The notes beneath the pieces are model-generated. The model was not told the DNA's origin, did no database searches, and was given only the letters and a program-made list of their open reading frames with translations. Positions 11,029 through 20,245 of a stretch of DNA of 64,000 nt are shown in pieces. The DNA is taken from assembly GCA_043585095.1 (NCBI GenBank), contig CP121321.1:3235481-3299480 (forward strand). The letters are read 5' to 3'. The position numbers and the translations under genes are program-made. The DNA comes from Cellvibrionales bacterium. Its GTDB lineage: Bacteria; Pseudomonadota; Gammaproteobacteria; Pseudomonadales; Halieaceae. Every line of letters starts with the position of its first letter. The first letter of the stretch is position 1.

Positions 11029-11758
11029 GCGCCGCGTGATCGGACAGCTTGTTCCAGACACCGCCTCGCAGCGTTTGAGCGCCATCCAATTTAAGACCCC
11101 GGAAGTAGACCCGGTCCACGCGCAGTACCGGCAGAATGGCTGGAAAGCTGCGCGCCGGACGACCCTGCACGGCCGTAATGCTGTCGGCGAAGCCCAGCTC
11201 TTCAACCATTATGCGGTCGGCCTGCATACGCCAATCATTAAAATCGCCAGCGACAATAATTGGGTCGTACGGACTGCATTCCGCCATGATCAAATCGCGA
11301 AGGCGCTGCAGCTGAAAGCGCTGTTCGGATGCGAACAGACCCAGATGCGCACAAATCAGCACAACCCCATTCTCAAGCCGGCCTAGCAATAAACCGCGGC
11401 TGGAAAAGCGCCACCGTGACACATCGTAATTACGCCAACTGATGAACGGCACTTTAGACAATATGGCATTGCCGTGATGCCCGTCTTCCACGATCGCGTT
11501 TTTGCCGTAGGCGTAGTGCTGCCAAATGGTGTCGGCCAGAAATTCGAACTGACTGCCATCCCCAGGCAAGGGATGCTTTCGATACGCCAGACGATGTCCC
11601 ACCACCTCCTGTAGAAAACAGATATCGGCATCGACGCTGCGGATCGCGTCGCGCATATCTTCCAGTCGAAAGTGCCGATTGCCGGGGCCGAGACCCTTGT
11701 GGATATTCCAGGAACATACCGTGAACGTCGACTCCCTTTCGACAGCTTTTTCGGTCAC
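11000..11758 (-). CDS. Endonuclease/exonuclease/phosphatase (EEP) family protein, YbhP-like
   Basis: EEP-type motifs (WNIHKG, DICFLQEV, SDHAAL near the C-terminus). 4-nt overlap with the upstream PLD gene. Confidence 0.8.
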   Translation of the reverse strand: MTEKAVERESTFTVCSWNIHKGLGPGNRHFRLEDMRDAIRSVDADICFLQEVVGHRLAYRKHPLPGDGSQFEFLADTIWQHYAYGKNAIVEDGHHGNAILSKVPFISWRNYDVSRWRFSSRGLLLGRLENGVVLICAHLGLFASEQRFQLQRLRDLIMAECSPYDPIIVAGDFNDWRMQADRIMVEELGFADSITAVQGRPARSFPAILPVLRVDRVYFRGLKLDGAQTLRGGVWNKLSDHAALTAQFRFEG

Positions 11759-12933
11759 AGCCAGTACCTCAATGCGTATAGCAGCCAGGAGACAAGTCCA
11801 GGTCGTGGGGCGCTGTCCAGGGTCAATTCTCTTGAAACAGACATGTCCTCGCGCATCGCCGATTCCACTTCCCCCAGTACGCTGTGTCTTCTTAGTAGCA
11901 GGTCGAGTTCAAGGTCGTGCAGCGTAGAGCGGTAATTCCAGTTGGTGCTGCCAACAATCGCCAAATCGTCGGTTAACAAGGCTTTCGCGTGCAAAATGCC
12001 GGGCTGAAAGAGATACACGCGAGCGCCGGCCCTGAGTAGCTCGCGATAAAAATGGCTGCTTAAGCTAGGAAAAAGGGCTACGTCAGAACGCTCAGGCAGG
12101 ACCAGGCGCACATCGCAGCGGTTTTTACAGGCTTTGAGCAGAGCTCTTCGCAGCCGTGCTGTGGGCAGGAAGTAGGCATTCACCACCCAGACTCGATCTC
12201 TGGCCTTCTTGACGGCACGAGAGACGAAGGCGTTCTTTAGCCTGCGCGCCCTCACGCTGAGGTTGCTCAGAAAGCCCGCCATAAACGTACGCTCTCGCTT
12301 GGGGGCCTGCCCGTTCCAAAGGCTTTCAAAAGAGTCGATTAAGGGCATGACCCCCGCGCCCTCTACCATAAGCCCGTAGTCCCGCCAGCCCTGACCGCCC
12401 AATGATTTCGGCAGATGGTTTGCATCAATGTTGAAGCTGCCCACGTAGGCCAGTCGTCGATCAATGGCGCAGAGCTTGCGATGGTTGCGGCGGTTGATCT
12501 TGCCAAACCAGGAGACGCATCGCGCCAACCAGGCCTGTGACCTGACCTGCTCCCAGGGCACTGCATTCACTTTCTCTCGTACACCCAAGGGCCAGGGTAA
12601 CGGGTGGTAAACCCTGACTGCCGCGCCGCACTTCCTGAGCGCGTCGATCACCCTATGGCCATCCGCCAGAGACCCCACCCCATCTATCATCACGCGAACC
12701 TCAACACCACGTTCGGCGGCCTGCATTATGGCGTCCAGAAATCTTAAGCCCAGAGCGTCGTGCATAAAAATGTAGTACTCAAGTTCCACCCGCTCTTCTG
12801 CGCAAGCAATGCTATTCAGCAGGCGGTTGTAGAAGCTCTCTGCATCGACAATCAATTCTGCCGTGTTCCATGCGCTGCTGAGCTCAGTTCTGGGAGCCGT
12901 ATCAAATGCCATATGGTCAGTATACTGGGCCAT
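11755..12933 (-). CDS. Phospholipase D family protein with two HKD motifs (ClsB-like cardiolipin synthase)
   Basis: Two HxKxxxxD motifs (NHRKLCAIDRRLAYVGSFNI and LHAKALLTDDLAIVGSTNWNYRS). No obvious TM segment, as in ClsB. Confidence 0.8.
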   Translation of the reverse strand: MAQYTDHMAFDTAPRTELSSAWNTAELIVDAESFYNRLLNSIACAEERVELEYYIFMHDALGLRFLDAIMQAAERGVEVRVMIDGVGSLADGHRVIDALRKCGAAVRVYHPLPWPLGVREKVNAVPWEQVRSQAWLARCVSWFGKINRRNHRKLCAIDRRLAYVGSFNIDANHLPKSLGGQGWRDYGLMVEGAGVMPLIDSFESLWNGQAPKRERTFMAGFLSNLSVRARRLKNAFVSRAVKKARDRVWVVNAYFLPTARLRRALLKACKNRCDVRLVLPERSDVALFPSLSSHFYRELLRAGARVYLFQPGILHAKALLTDDLAIVGSTNWNYRSTLHDLELDLLLRRHSVLGEVESAMREDMSVSRELTLDSAPRPGLVSWLLYALRYWL

Positions 12934-12987
12934 AACCGTTCCGCGCTGAATAGGCCGCTGTCAACGAAACTGGTACCCTGTAAGACT

Positions 12988-14751
12988 ATGACAGAGAACG
13001 CTAAAGATCGCGCCAAACTCTCCAACCTGCTCCAGTTGGTGCAGTTCCTGAAGCCCTACAAAGGCACCTTGATCGCCGCGGGTATCGCGCTGCTGTTCAC
13101 TGCCGGCGTTATGCTGGCGCTGGGCCAAGGGCTTCGCGTGCTTATCGATCAGGGATTTGCGTCGGGATCAGCAGAGCAACTCAACGATGCTGTGCTGCTG
13201 ATAATGGTGCTGGCCGTGTTAATGGCGGTGGGGACCTTTAGTCGATTCTATCTGGTGAGTTGGCTGGGCGAGCGCGTGGGCGCCGATATTCGAGAAGCCG
13301 TATTTGCCAATATCGTTACGCTACAGCCCAGCTTTTTCGACGAGAACCGGTCCGGCGAAATCATGTCGCGACTCACCACCGACACCACGCTGTTACAAAC
13401 GATTATAGGCTCATCGCTGTCCATGGCCTTGCGCTCAATGCTGACCACCGTCGGCGCACTGATCATGATGCTGGTCACCAGCGTCAAACTCACCCTCATC
13501 GTGCTATCTGCTGTACCCATTGTGCTGGTGCCGGTGCTGTTGTTCGGCCGTCGAGTGCGCAACTTATCGAGCAAAAGCCAGGACTCCATTGCCGACGTTG
13601 GCAGTTACGCGGGCGAGATTATCCAACATATTAAAACGGTGCAGAGCTACAACCGCGAGCAAGATGAACAACAGGCTTTTACGGCAGAGTCGCAGCGCGC
13701 CTTCGATATTGCAAAGCGCCGCATACGCCAACGCGCGATGCTGGTGGCCGCGGTCATCTTGATGGTCTTTGGTGGACTCGCCGGCATGGTCTGGTCTGGC
13801 GGGAACGCCGTGGTATCTGGTCGAATGACCGGCGGCGAGCTGGGCGCCTTTATGTTTTATGCCTTTATGGTAGGCGGTGGATTTGCCACCGTGTCCGAGG
13901 TTTGGACGGAACTGCTGCGTGCGGCCGGCGCAACCGACCGTTTGCGCAGCCTGCTAGCGGAGGAAAGCGACATCTTTGCGCCAGACCAGCCTCAAACCCC
14001 GGTCGGTGCGTCTCTGGCCTTACAAAACGTCGTCTTCAGTTATCCCACACGCCCCAGTCAAAAGGCCCTGGACGGCATCAGCCTCGAGTTAGAACCGGGA
14101 AGAAGCCTTGCGTTGGTTGGACCTTCCGGCGCCGGAAAGTCCACCGTGTTTGAGTTGATTCAGCGCTTTTATGACCCTCAGGAGGGCAGCGTACGCCTCG
14201 GGGGCGTCGATTTGCGTGATATGACGCCCTTTGAGCTGCGCGCCCATCTTGCCGTAGTGCCGCAGGCGCCGGCATTGTTTACCGCCGACGTGGCCTACAA
14301 CATCGCCTACGGACGGCCCGAATCAACGCAACAGGAAATTGAAGCCGCCGCTAAGGCAGCACATGCGCATGATTTCATTATGAGCCTTCCCGAGCAGTAT
14401 CAATCGCACCTGGGTGAACAGGGCGTGCGTCTATCTGGAGGGCAGCGTCAACGCATCGCTATAGCCCGCGCCATACTGGCCAATCCGGACATTCTGTTGC
14501 TCGATGAAGCGACCAGCGCACTGGACGCGGAAAGTGAACATCAGGTGCAGCAAGCCCTTGAAGAGCTAATGCGGGGTCGCACAACCGTGATTATCGCCCA
14601 TCGCCTGAGCACAATTTTGCAGGCAGACAGCATCGCCGTACTGGATCAGGGCAAGCTAGTTGACGTGGGCAATCACAACAGCCTGCTGCAAAGCAGTCCC
14701 CTTTATCAGCGCCTGGCCAGTCTTCAATTCCGCGACGAAGAAGCCGCCTGA
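12988..14751 (+). CDS. ABC exporter, fused permease/ATPase (MsbA/ATM1-like)
   Basis: Six-TM N-terminal half, Walker A GPSGAGKST, signature LSGGQRQR, Walker B ILLLDEATSALD. The ORF-track start at 12760 overlaps the divergent PLD gene; the Met at 12988 is more plausible. Confidence 0.9.
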   Translation: MTENAKDRAKLSNLLQLVQFLKPYKGTLIAAGIALLFTAGVMLALGQGLRVLIDQGFASGSAEQLNDAVLLIMVLAVLMAVGTFSRFYLVSWLGERVGADIREAVFANIVTLQPSFFDENRSGEIMSRLTTDTTLLQTIIGSSLSMALRSMLTTVGALIMMLVTSVKLTLIVLSAVPIVLVPVLLFGRRVRNLSSKSQDSIADVGSYAGEIIQHIKTVQSYNREQDEQQAFTAESQRAFDIAKRRIRQRAMLVAAVILMVFGGLAGMVWSGGNAVVSGRMTGGELGAFMFYAFMVGGGFATVSEVWTELLRAAGATDRLRSLLAEESDIFAPDQPQTPVGASLALQNVVFSYPTRPSQKALDGISLELEPGRSLALVGPSGAGKSTVFELIQRFYDPQEGSVRLGGVDLRDMTPFELRAHLAVVPQAPALFTADVAYNIAYGRPESTQQEIEAAAKAAHAHDFIMSLPEQYQSHLGEQGVRLSGGQRQRIAIARAILANPDILLLDEATSALDAESEHQVQQALEELMRGRTTVIIAHRLSTILQADSIAVLDQGKLVDVGNHNSLLQSSPLYQRLASLQFRDEEAA

Positions 14752-15701
14752 TCAAGGACCAGGCCCAGGCGCTTGCGAAGCCCGCGACGTAGCTCGCTGA
14801 GATCGGAGCCTGTGTCTTTGGCGATCTCGGCTATGTCCCTGAGAAACCCGATGTAATGACTACCACCCGTCACGGTCGCTTTTAACGGCAGAGTGAGCAC
14901 GCCCTCACCTTCCATCGCCTTGCGCAGCAGCTCCATTGTTTCGCCACCGGCTGCATAAAAGTGCTCTGCAGCAGCGGCGCGACTCGATTCGCCAGCGATA
15001 TTAAGTACCTCAATCCCCTCAAAAAATGCTTCAAGGCCGACCCACTCCACCAGAGCTGCATCCTCAGCGCCCTTGCGCAAGACGCGCCGTGCCTTGCGCG
15101 CGACGTTGCGGTATTCACGCGCGACACGGGGGCCAAATACGGGATCCGGCACTGGAGCTAAAAGGCTGTCCTGCTCCAGTTCACGCCAGTCCTCGGAGTC
15201 CAGAACGCGCTCTATTTCGGGGAAGACCAGCGCCTCCTCTGCCTCCATATGCCTGTGCTGTGCATCCAGATAAGCCAGTACCGCCTTGGCCATTTTCGCC
15301 TGCCCCTCTCCGGTCTCTTTCCACCTGGCGACCAGCGCCAGGGTTTTGGCTCCCGACTTTGCCAGGAAGTCGTGGTCGCGCTGCAAGGTATCCACGCTGT
15401 CAGCCAGCTGGGGCTCAACCTCTCCAGCGCGGGCATACACCATGTCTTCTCGGGGGTGGTGAAAGGCATCCGGGTAATGAGATAGGTAATGAAGGGATTC
15501 GTAGAACACATGCGGATCGACGGCTTCGTCGGCTTGAATGCGCTCTATTTCAGACTCAACCAGACGCAGCAGCGTACCCATGTAGCGATGTTCAGCATAA
15601 AGTGTGGCCAGCACGGGGTGGCATTCGAGTTCACCGTCGCGGAGAGTCTGTGAAATCGCTTCCCAGGTATCTTTGCTGTAGGCCGCCTGCGCATCTGCCA
15701 T
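14724..15701 (-). CDS. Hemerythrin-like (HHE cation-binding) domain protein, apparently two domains
   Basis: His/Glu-rich helices HHPREDMVYARAGE and HRHMEAEEALVFPEIE. No signal peptide. Confidence 0.65.
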   Translation of the reverse strand: MADAQAAYSKDTWEAISQTLRDGELECHPVLATLYAEHRYMGTLLRLVESEIERIQADEAVDPHVFYESLHYLSHYPDAFHHPREDMVYARAGEVEPQLADSVDTLQRDHDFLAKSGAKTLALVARWKETGEGQAKMAKAVLAYLDAQHRHMEAEEALVFPEIERVLDSEDWRELEQDSLLAPVPDPVFGPRVAREYRNVARKARRVLRKGAEDAALVEWVGLEAFFEGIEVLNIAGESSRAAAAEHFYAAGGETMELLRKAMEGEGVLTLPLKATVTGGSHYIGFLRDIAEIAKDTGSDLSELRRGLRKRLGLVLDQAASSSRN

Positions 15702-15836
15702 GACCGTTCTCCGTGCTCAAAGTATTGTATAGTCCTGCTTCGGGTCGCCTTTCGCATTGACTCAGAGCAAGTAGAGGGCGGCGCGAACAAAACACAATAA
15801 TACTGTAAATACTGAATTCAATAAGAGTGCTCGCAG

Positions 15837-18287
15837 ATGTTCAAACGTATCGCCCTGCCGCTATTGGCCGCTGTGCTGGTTGCCTGTTCTGACTCAAATG
15901 ACAGCTTTGTTCCCGAAACCCCTATTGAGCCGCCGGTAGAGCCCAGCTTTAGCGCGGAAGTCCGCCGTACGGAATTTGGCATTCCCCATATCAATGCCAC
16001 CGATTACGCCGGCCTGGGCTACGGCATTGGCTACGCATACGCGCAGGACAACTTCTGCGTCGGTATGCGAGAGGTGGTCTTCTCAATCGGGCGCTCCGCA
16101 GAGTTTTTGGGTGAATCGGAAGGCAATCTGAATGCGGATCTGCTCTTCACATACCTCACCGGCGACCGCGAGACGTTTGAAAACGAGTTCATCGGTCCAC
16201 TGCCCCAGCGCGTGAAAGACCTCAACGAGGGCTACGCGGCCGGCTTCAACCGCTATCTCGAAGAAAACGGCGTCGAGAACTTGCCTGAGGGTGAATTGGG
16301 TTGCCGCGGTGAAGACTGGGTGTTCCCCGTTAATTCCACGGACCTATTTTTGCTGCAACGCCGTCAGGCGCTGCGCGGCAGCTCAGGTAATGGCACTTTC
16401 TCCGCTGCGATTCTTGCAACTCAGGGTCCCGACGCTGCTGCCGCTGCCAATGTCAGTGAAGCCGCTGTAGAGCAGACCCGTAAGGCGTTTGAACAAATCG
16501 GCACACAGATTCGGAACCCGGACCTGGGCAGTAACGCCCTGGCCGCAGGCCGAGACATCACACAAACGGGCAGTGGCATACTCTTGGGCAACCCACATCA
16601 GCCCTGGTTTGGCGAAGGCGCCTGGTATCAAGCACATCTCACCATCCCGGGAGAAATCGATGTCGCCGGTGCCGTATTGCACGGTTTCCCCTACGTCGGC
16701 ATCGGCTTTAACAAAGATCTGGCGTGGACACACACCGTGTCTATCGCCAACCGCTACAGCTTGTTCGAGTTAGAGCTAGTTGACGGTAACCCCTTGCAGT
16801 ACCTCTACGACGGAGAGGTTCGCGAGATTGAGCCCATCGACGTTACGGTGAAATCCCTACAAACTGATGGCTCTGTTATCGACGTGACCAAGACCTTCTA
16901 CGAGTCCCACCTGGGCCCGATCGTGAACTTTGGCAGCTTGAGCCCGCTGCTGGACGGTTGGCCACTGGTAACCGGCACGGTGCTGGCCTTCCGCGACGCT
17001 AACCTGGAAACCGGCCTTCGCGGCAGTGACCAATGGCTGGTCAAGGCGCAGGCCACCAACCTGGACGAGTATCTGGATGCGATTAGCGCTATTGGCAATC
17101 CGGTCTTCCACGAGCTGGCCGCTGATCGCAATGGTGAAGCTTTTTACGGTGATATATCCGCCATTCCAAACATCACACAGGAAAAAATCGATAATTGCCT
17201 GACAGCCCCCATTGGTTCAGTGCTTGCGGCGGCCACTACCAATGTCTTGGTCACGCTGGACGGCAGCACATCTGACTGCAACTGGGGTACTGACGCCGAC
17301 GCGCCCGATGGCTCCAACCTGTTCGGCGCCAGCTCACTGCCGCAGCTACGCACTACGGACTATGTGGGCAACAGCAACAACAGCTACTGGCTGTCAGACG
17401 CTAACAATCCACTGACCGGATTTCCCACTACCATGGGACCGGTTGGCCATGAGGGTCTGCAACAGTTCCTGCGAACCCGTATCGGTCATTTGCTGGTAGA
17501 AGAGCGCCGGCAGGCTACGGACGGCATAAGCGAAACACCGTTATTCGATCTGGAGACTGTGAAAGCCTACATGTACAACAATCGCGTGTACGGTGCTGAA
17601 ATCACTATGGCAGACGTACAGACGATCTGTCAGGACCCTGCCGCTGCCGGCGTGCAGGACGCCTGCGATGTACTTGCAGCCTGGGATCAAAAGGTCGAAC
17701 TTGAAAGCCGAGGTGCGCAGGTCTGGAAAGAGTTTTGGGCAGATATACGCTCAGAGCTGGGTAACGACTTTCAGAACGTAGTCGACAGTGACGAGTTCTG
17801 GGCCGTGGACTTCGATCCCGCTGACCCACTGAATACACCTTCAGGCATCGACACTAGCTTGCAAGCCAACGTGGATCGCGTCATCGCGGCGCTGACCAAT
17901 GCCACACAGCGCCTACAGAGTGCTGGCGTTGCACTGGATGCCCCCTGGGGTGAAATCCAGTATCTGGAGCGCAACGGTGAAAATGTGCCAATTCATGGCG
18001 GCCAGGGCACCCTGGGTATCTATGGCGCGATTAGTTCACGGCTTAGCGACGGCGGTTACGTGAACCCCAGTAGCGGCAACAGCTATATACAGGCTGTCAC
18101 CTGGGACGAAAGCGAATGCCCCATCGCCGACGTGATACTGGTACCCAGCCAGTCCACCGACCCGGCATCTCCCCACTTTGCCGACCAAACCAAGCTCTAC
18201 TCCGATAAGGCCTGGGTGCGCTTTCCTTTCTGTGAAGAAGACATCGAAGCAGCACAAATTGGTGAAACACTGGTGCTAGAGCAATAA
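15837..18287 (+). CDS. Penicillin-amidase-family Ntn hydrolase, PvdQ/QuiP-type acyl-homoserine-lactone acylase; predicted lipoprotein
   Basis: GSNALAAG...LLGNPHQPWFGEGAWYQAHLTIPGEIDVAGA...GFNKDLAWTHTVS closely parallels the PvdQ beta-subunit N-terminus (nucleophile Ser). Lipobox LVAC with Cys17. Confidence 0.85.
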   Translation: MFKRIALPLLAAVLVACSDSNDSFVPETPIEPPVEPSFSAEVRRTEFGIPHINATDYAGLGYGIGYAYAQDNFCVGMREVVFSIGRSAEFLGESEGNLNADLLFTYLTGDRETFENEFIGPLPQRVKDLNEGYAAGFNRYLEENGVENLPEGELGCRGEDWVFPVNSTDLFLLQRRQALRGSSGNGTFSAAILATQGPDAAAAANVSEAAVEQTRKAFEQIGTQIRNPDLGSNALAAGRDITQTGSGILLGNPHQPWFGEGAWYQAHLTIPGEIDVAGAVLHGFPYVGIGFNKDLAWTHTVSIANRYSLFELELVDGNPLQYLYDGEVREIEPIDVTVKSLQTDGSVIDVTKTFYESHLGPIVNFGSLSPLLDGWPLVTGTVLAFRDANLETGLRGSDQWLVKAQATNLDEYLDAISAIGNPVFHELAADRNGEAFYGDISAIPNITQEKIDNCLTAPIGSVLAAATTNVLVTLDGSTSDCNWGTDADAPDGSNLFGASSLPQLRTTDYVGNSNNSYWLSDANNPLTGFPTTMGPVGHEGLQQFLRTRIGHLLVEERRQATDGISETPLFDLETVKAYMYNNRVYGAEITMADVQTICQDPAAAGVQDACDVLAAWDQKVELESRGAQVWKEFWADIRSELGNDFQNVVDSDEFWAVDFDPADPLNTPSGIDTSLQANVDRVIAALTNATQRLQSAGVALDAPWGEIQYLERNGENVPIHGGQGTLGIYGAISSRLSDGGYVNPSSGNSYIQAVTWDESECPIADVILVPSQSTDPASPHFADQTKLYSDKAWVRFPFCEEDIEAAQIGETLVLEQ

Positions 18288-18297
18288 TACTTCAGCC

Positions 18298-18328
18298 AGT
18301 ACCGGCCCCCATCCCGGGTGCCGGTACT
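18298..18328. terminator. Hairpin between convergent genes (acylase / Omp85), likely bidirectional terminator
   Basis: AGTACCGGC (18298-18306) and GCCGGTACT (18320-18328) form a perfect 9-bp stem with a 13-nt loop. There is no clear U-tract. Confidence 0.5.
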
Positions 18329-18427
18329 AACCAAAAATATCGCCGAGGTGGTTGCATAACATCAACACCAGTTTGCCGCTTGCTATGCCACCTCAAACGA
18401 CCCTGAAGCTGCGGCATCGCTCTATTT

Positions 18428-20131
18428 TTAAAAGCTATTGCGCACCTGCACAGATAGCTGAAGATTATCGACGCCGGGGCCGCCGGTGCGCAGCGGTGCG
18501 GCCAGATCGATGTGGATCATGCCGCTGGTGGGCAAACGCGTGGGCATGATGCGCAGGCCGATACCGACGTTGGCGAGCCAGCCGTCTTCCTCGTCATTGG
18601 CGTCGTCGGGAAACCACGCCCGGCCACCGTCCACGAACACGGCAGCGCCCCAACGAAACAGACGCAGCGGTTCACCTGAGGCATACCAACGCTCCTCCAA
18701 TCGTAACCTTAAACGCCGGTCACCCTGCTGGAATCGCTGTGGATACCCGCGCAATCCCCGGCTGCCGCCTAACTGAAGCTGTACGTCATCGGTCAGCCCA
18801 CGGGTGTAAGTGCCATCGATAGCAGCGTAGAAGCGTAGACTGTCGGTTTGTAGCACATGCATCTCAGCGCCGGCACTCACAAAGACGTTCTCGGCCTCAC
18901 CGTCTGACGTGGTGACAGCACCGCGCGTTGACGCGCTGCCGATCAGTATCAGTGATTCGCTTGGCATAACACCGTCATACCAATTTGCATTGAAAATGAC
19001 CCTGCCATCGTCAGCGCCAAAGGCATCTGGCGAAATGCCGAGCCTGCCCTGAAGTCGACGGCCCAGCCGCACATCCTGCGCACGGTCAATCAGAGCAAGA
19101 TTAGCTATCGGCACGAAGTCGTCTTCAATGGTTTCAAAACCGACAAAGGGATAGGCAGCGCGTCGATCCTCTGGCAAGCGCTGAGGCTGCAGATTCCCGG
19201 GGTCGCGCTCAAACGCGAAGTCCCACCATTCAAGCCCGGCGCTCCAACGTCTTACATGGCCATTCACGCGACCGGTGGACTGCGCCATGTTGAGCTGCCC
19301 ACTGCGTGTTTGCTGCCGAAACTCGGCGACCCGATCGCCAGCATCGAACAGAGGCTGAATCCGATCATCATCCGTTAGACGGAACCCACGACTGTTGCGC
19401 TCATCGAGAGAGCGAAACGGACGACGCAGATTGAAATCAAAACGATGCCCGTCGTCGTTGTCGGCGGCATTAACGTTCAAACGCCAGGCGCTGCCGCGCA
19501 CGGCGGGATCAAAGAACGTCACCTCGACTCCGCTGCGATCAACGTCTTCGGTGTACAGCACACCCAGGGTTTCGCCGCGCCCCAGTAAGTTTTCATCCTC
19601 AACACCCAGGGACCAGCTAGACTCCCCTCCACTCAGGTCAAACTCAACCGTAGGCAGTATCGTCCACACATCACGGGTGACAACAATCAGGTCTACGATA
19701 TCTCCGCAACGCCGCACAGGCACGACGCGCGCATCATAGAGCCAGTCGTTGGAACGCAGCACGCGCTCTGCTTCCACCAACTCAAGCGGGACGAAGCGAT
19801 CACCCTCTAACAGGAATGGAAGTTGTTCGCGGATAGTCTGCTCGCGGGTAAGGATGTGCAGCTTGTTGGCACCGCGAAACAGTGGGTTGTCCTGCTTGGG
19901 ATCGGAGATGTCGAAAACCTGTTCTCGACGCATAGCCAGGCTGCCAACCGTGCCGCCTTGCTCAAGCTCATCCCCTACTCCGGCAGGAATCGCCTCTAAC
20001 CGACCGGCAGCTGCCTCGTCGGCCCAGGGGAGTGTTTGGCAGCTCTCATCAGCATGGGAAGGAGCAAGGGGACAGACGCAAAGCAGCATCGCTGCCGACA
20101 TTCCCAAGACGTAAGGTGAAAGCTGTACCAC
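18428..20131 (-). CDS. Omp85-superfamily outer-membrane protein (BamA/TamA/TpsB-like; POTRA plus beta-barrel)
   Basis: Signal peptide, a POTRA-like segment (VDLIVVTRDVW), ENLLGRGETLG, the loop-6-type motif LGGSRGLRGY, alternating beta-strand pattern and a C-terminal ...VRNSF. Confidence 0.75.
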   Translation of the reverse strand: MVQLSPYVLGMSAAMLLCVCPLAPSHADESCQTLPWADEAAAGRLEAIPAGVGDELEQGGTVGSLAMRREQVFDISDPKQDNPLFRGANKLHILTREQTIREQLPFLLEGDRFVPLELVEAERVLRSNDWLYDARVVPVRRCGDIVDLIVVTRDVWTILPTVEFDLSGGESSWSLGVEDENLLGRGETLGVLYTEDVDRSGVEVTFFDPAVRGSAWRLNVNAADNDDGHRFDFNLRRPFRSLDERNSRGFRLTDDDRIQPLFDAGDRVAEFRQQTRSGQLNMAQSTGRVNGHVRRWSAGLEWWDFAFERDPGNLQPQRLPEDRRAAYPFVGFETIEDDFVPIANLALIDRAQDVRLGRRLQGRLGISPDAFGADDGRVIFNANWYDGVMPSESLILIGSASTRGAVTTSDGEAENVFVSAGAEMHVLQTDSLRFYAAIDGTYTRGLTDDVQLQLGGSRGLRGYPQRFQQGDRRLRLRLEERWYASGEPLRLFRWGAAVFVDGGRAWFPDDANDEEDGWLANVGIGLRIMPTRLPTSGMIHIDLAAPLRTGGPGVDNLQLSVQVRNSF

Positions 20132-20245
20132 GGGCTAGCGATCCTAGGAGTAGTGCCTACAGTTTACTGATTTTGGTTACTGACACTAGCCAGTGTGTCT
20201 ATCTAACGTCAGCGGAGCCGCTCGTCGGTGTCGTGTAGGTATTGA

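Noticed and set aside
15795-15830. Possible LexA (SOS) box upstream of the acylase (AATACTGTAAATACTGAAT).
   Set aside because: It contains CTGT but lacks the ACAG half-site at the N8 spacing. It is better described as a short direct repeat (AATACTG twice) in an AT-rich promoter region.
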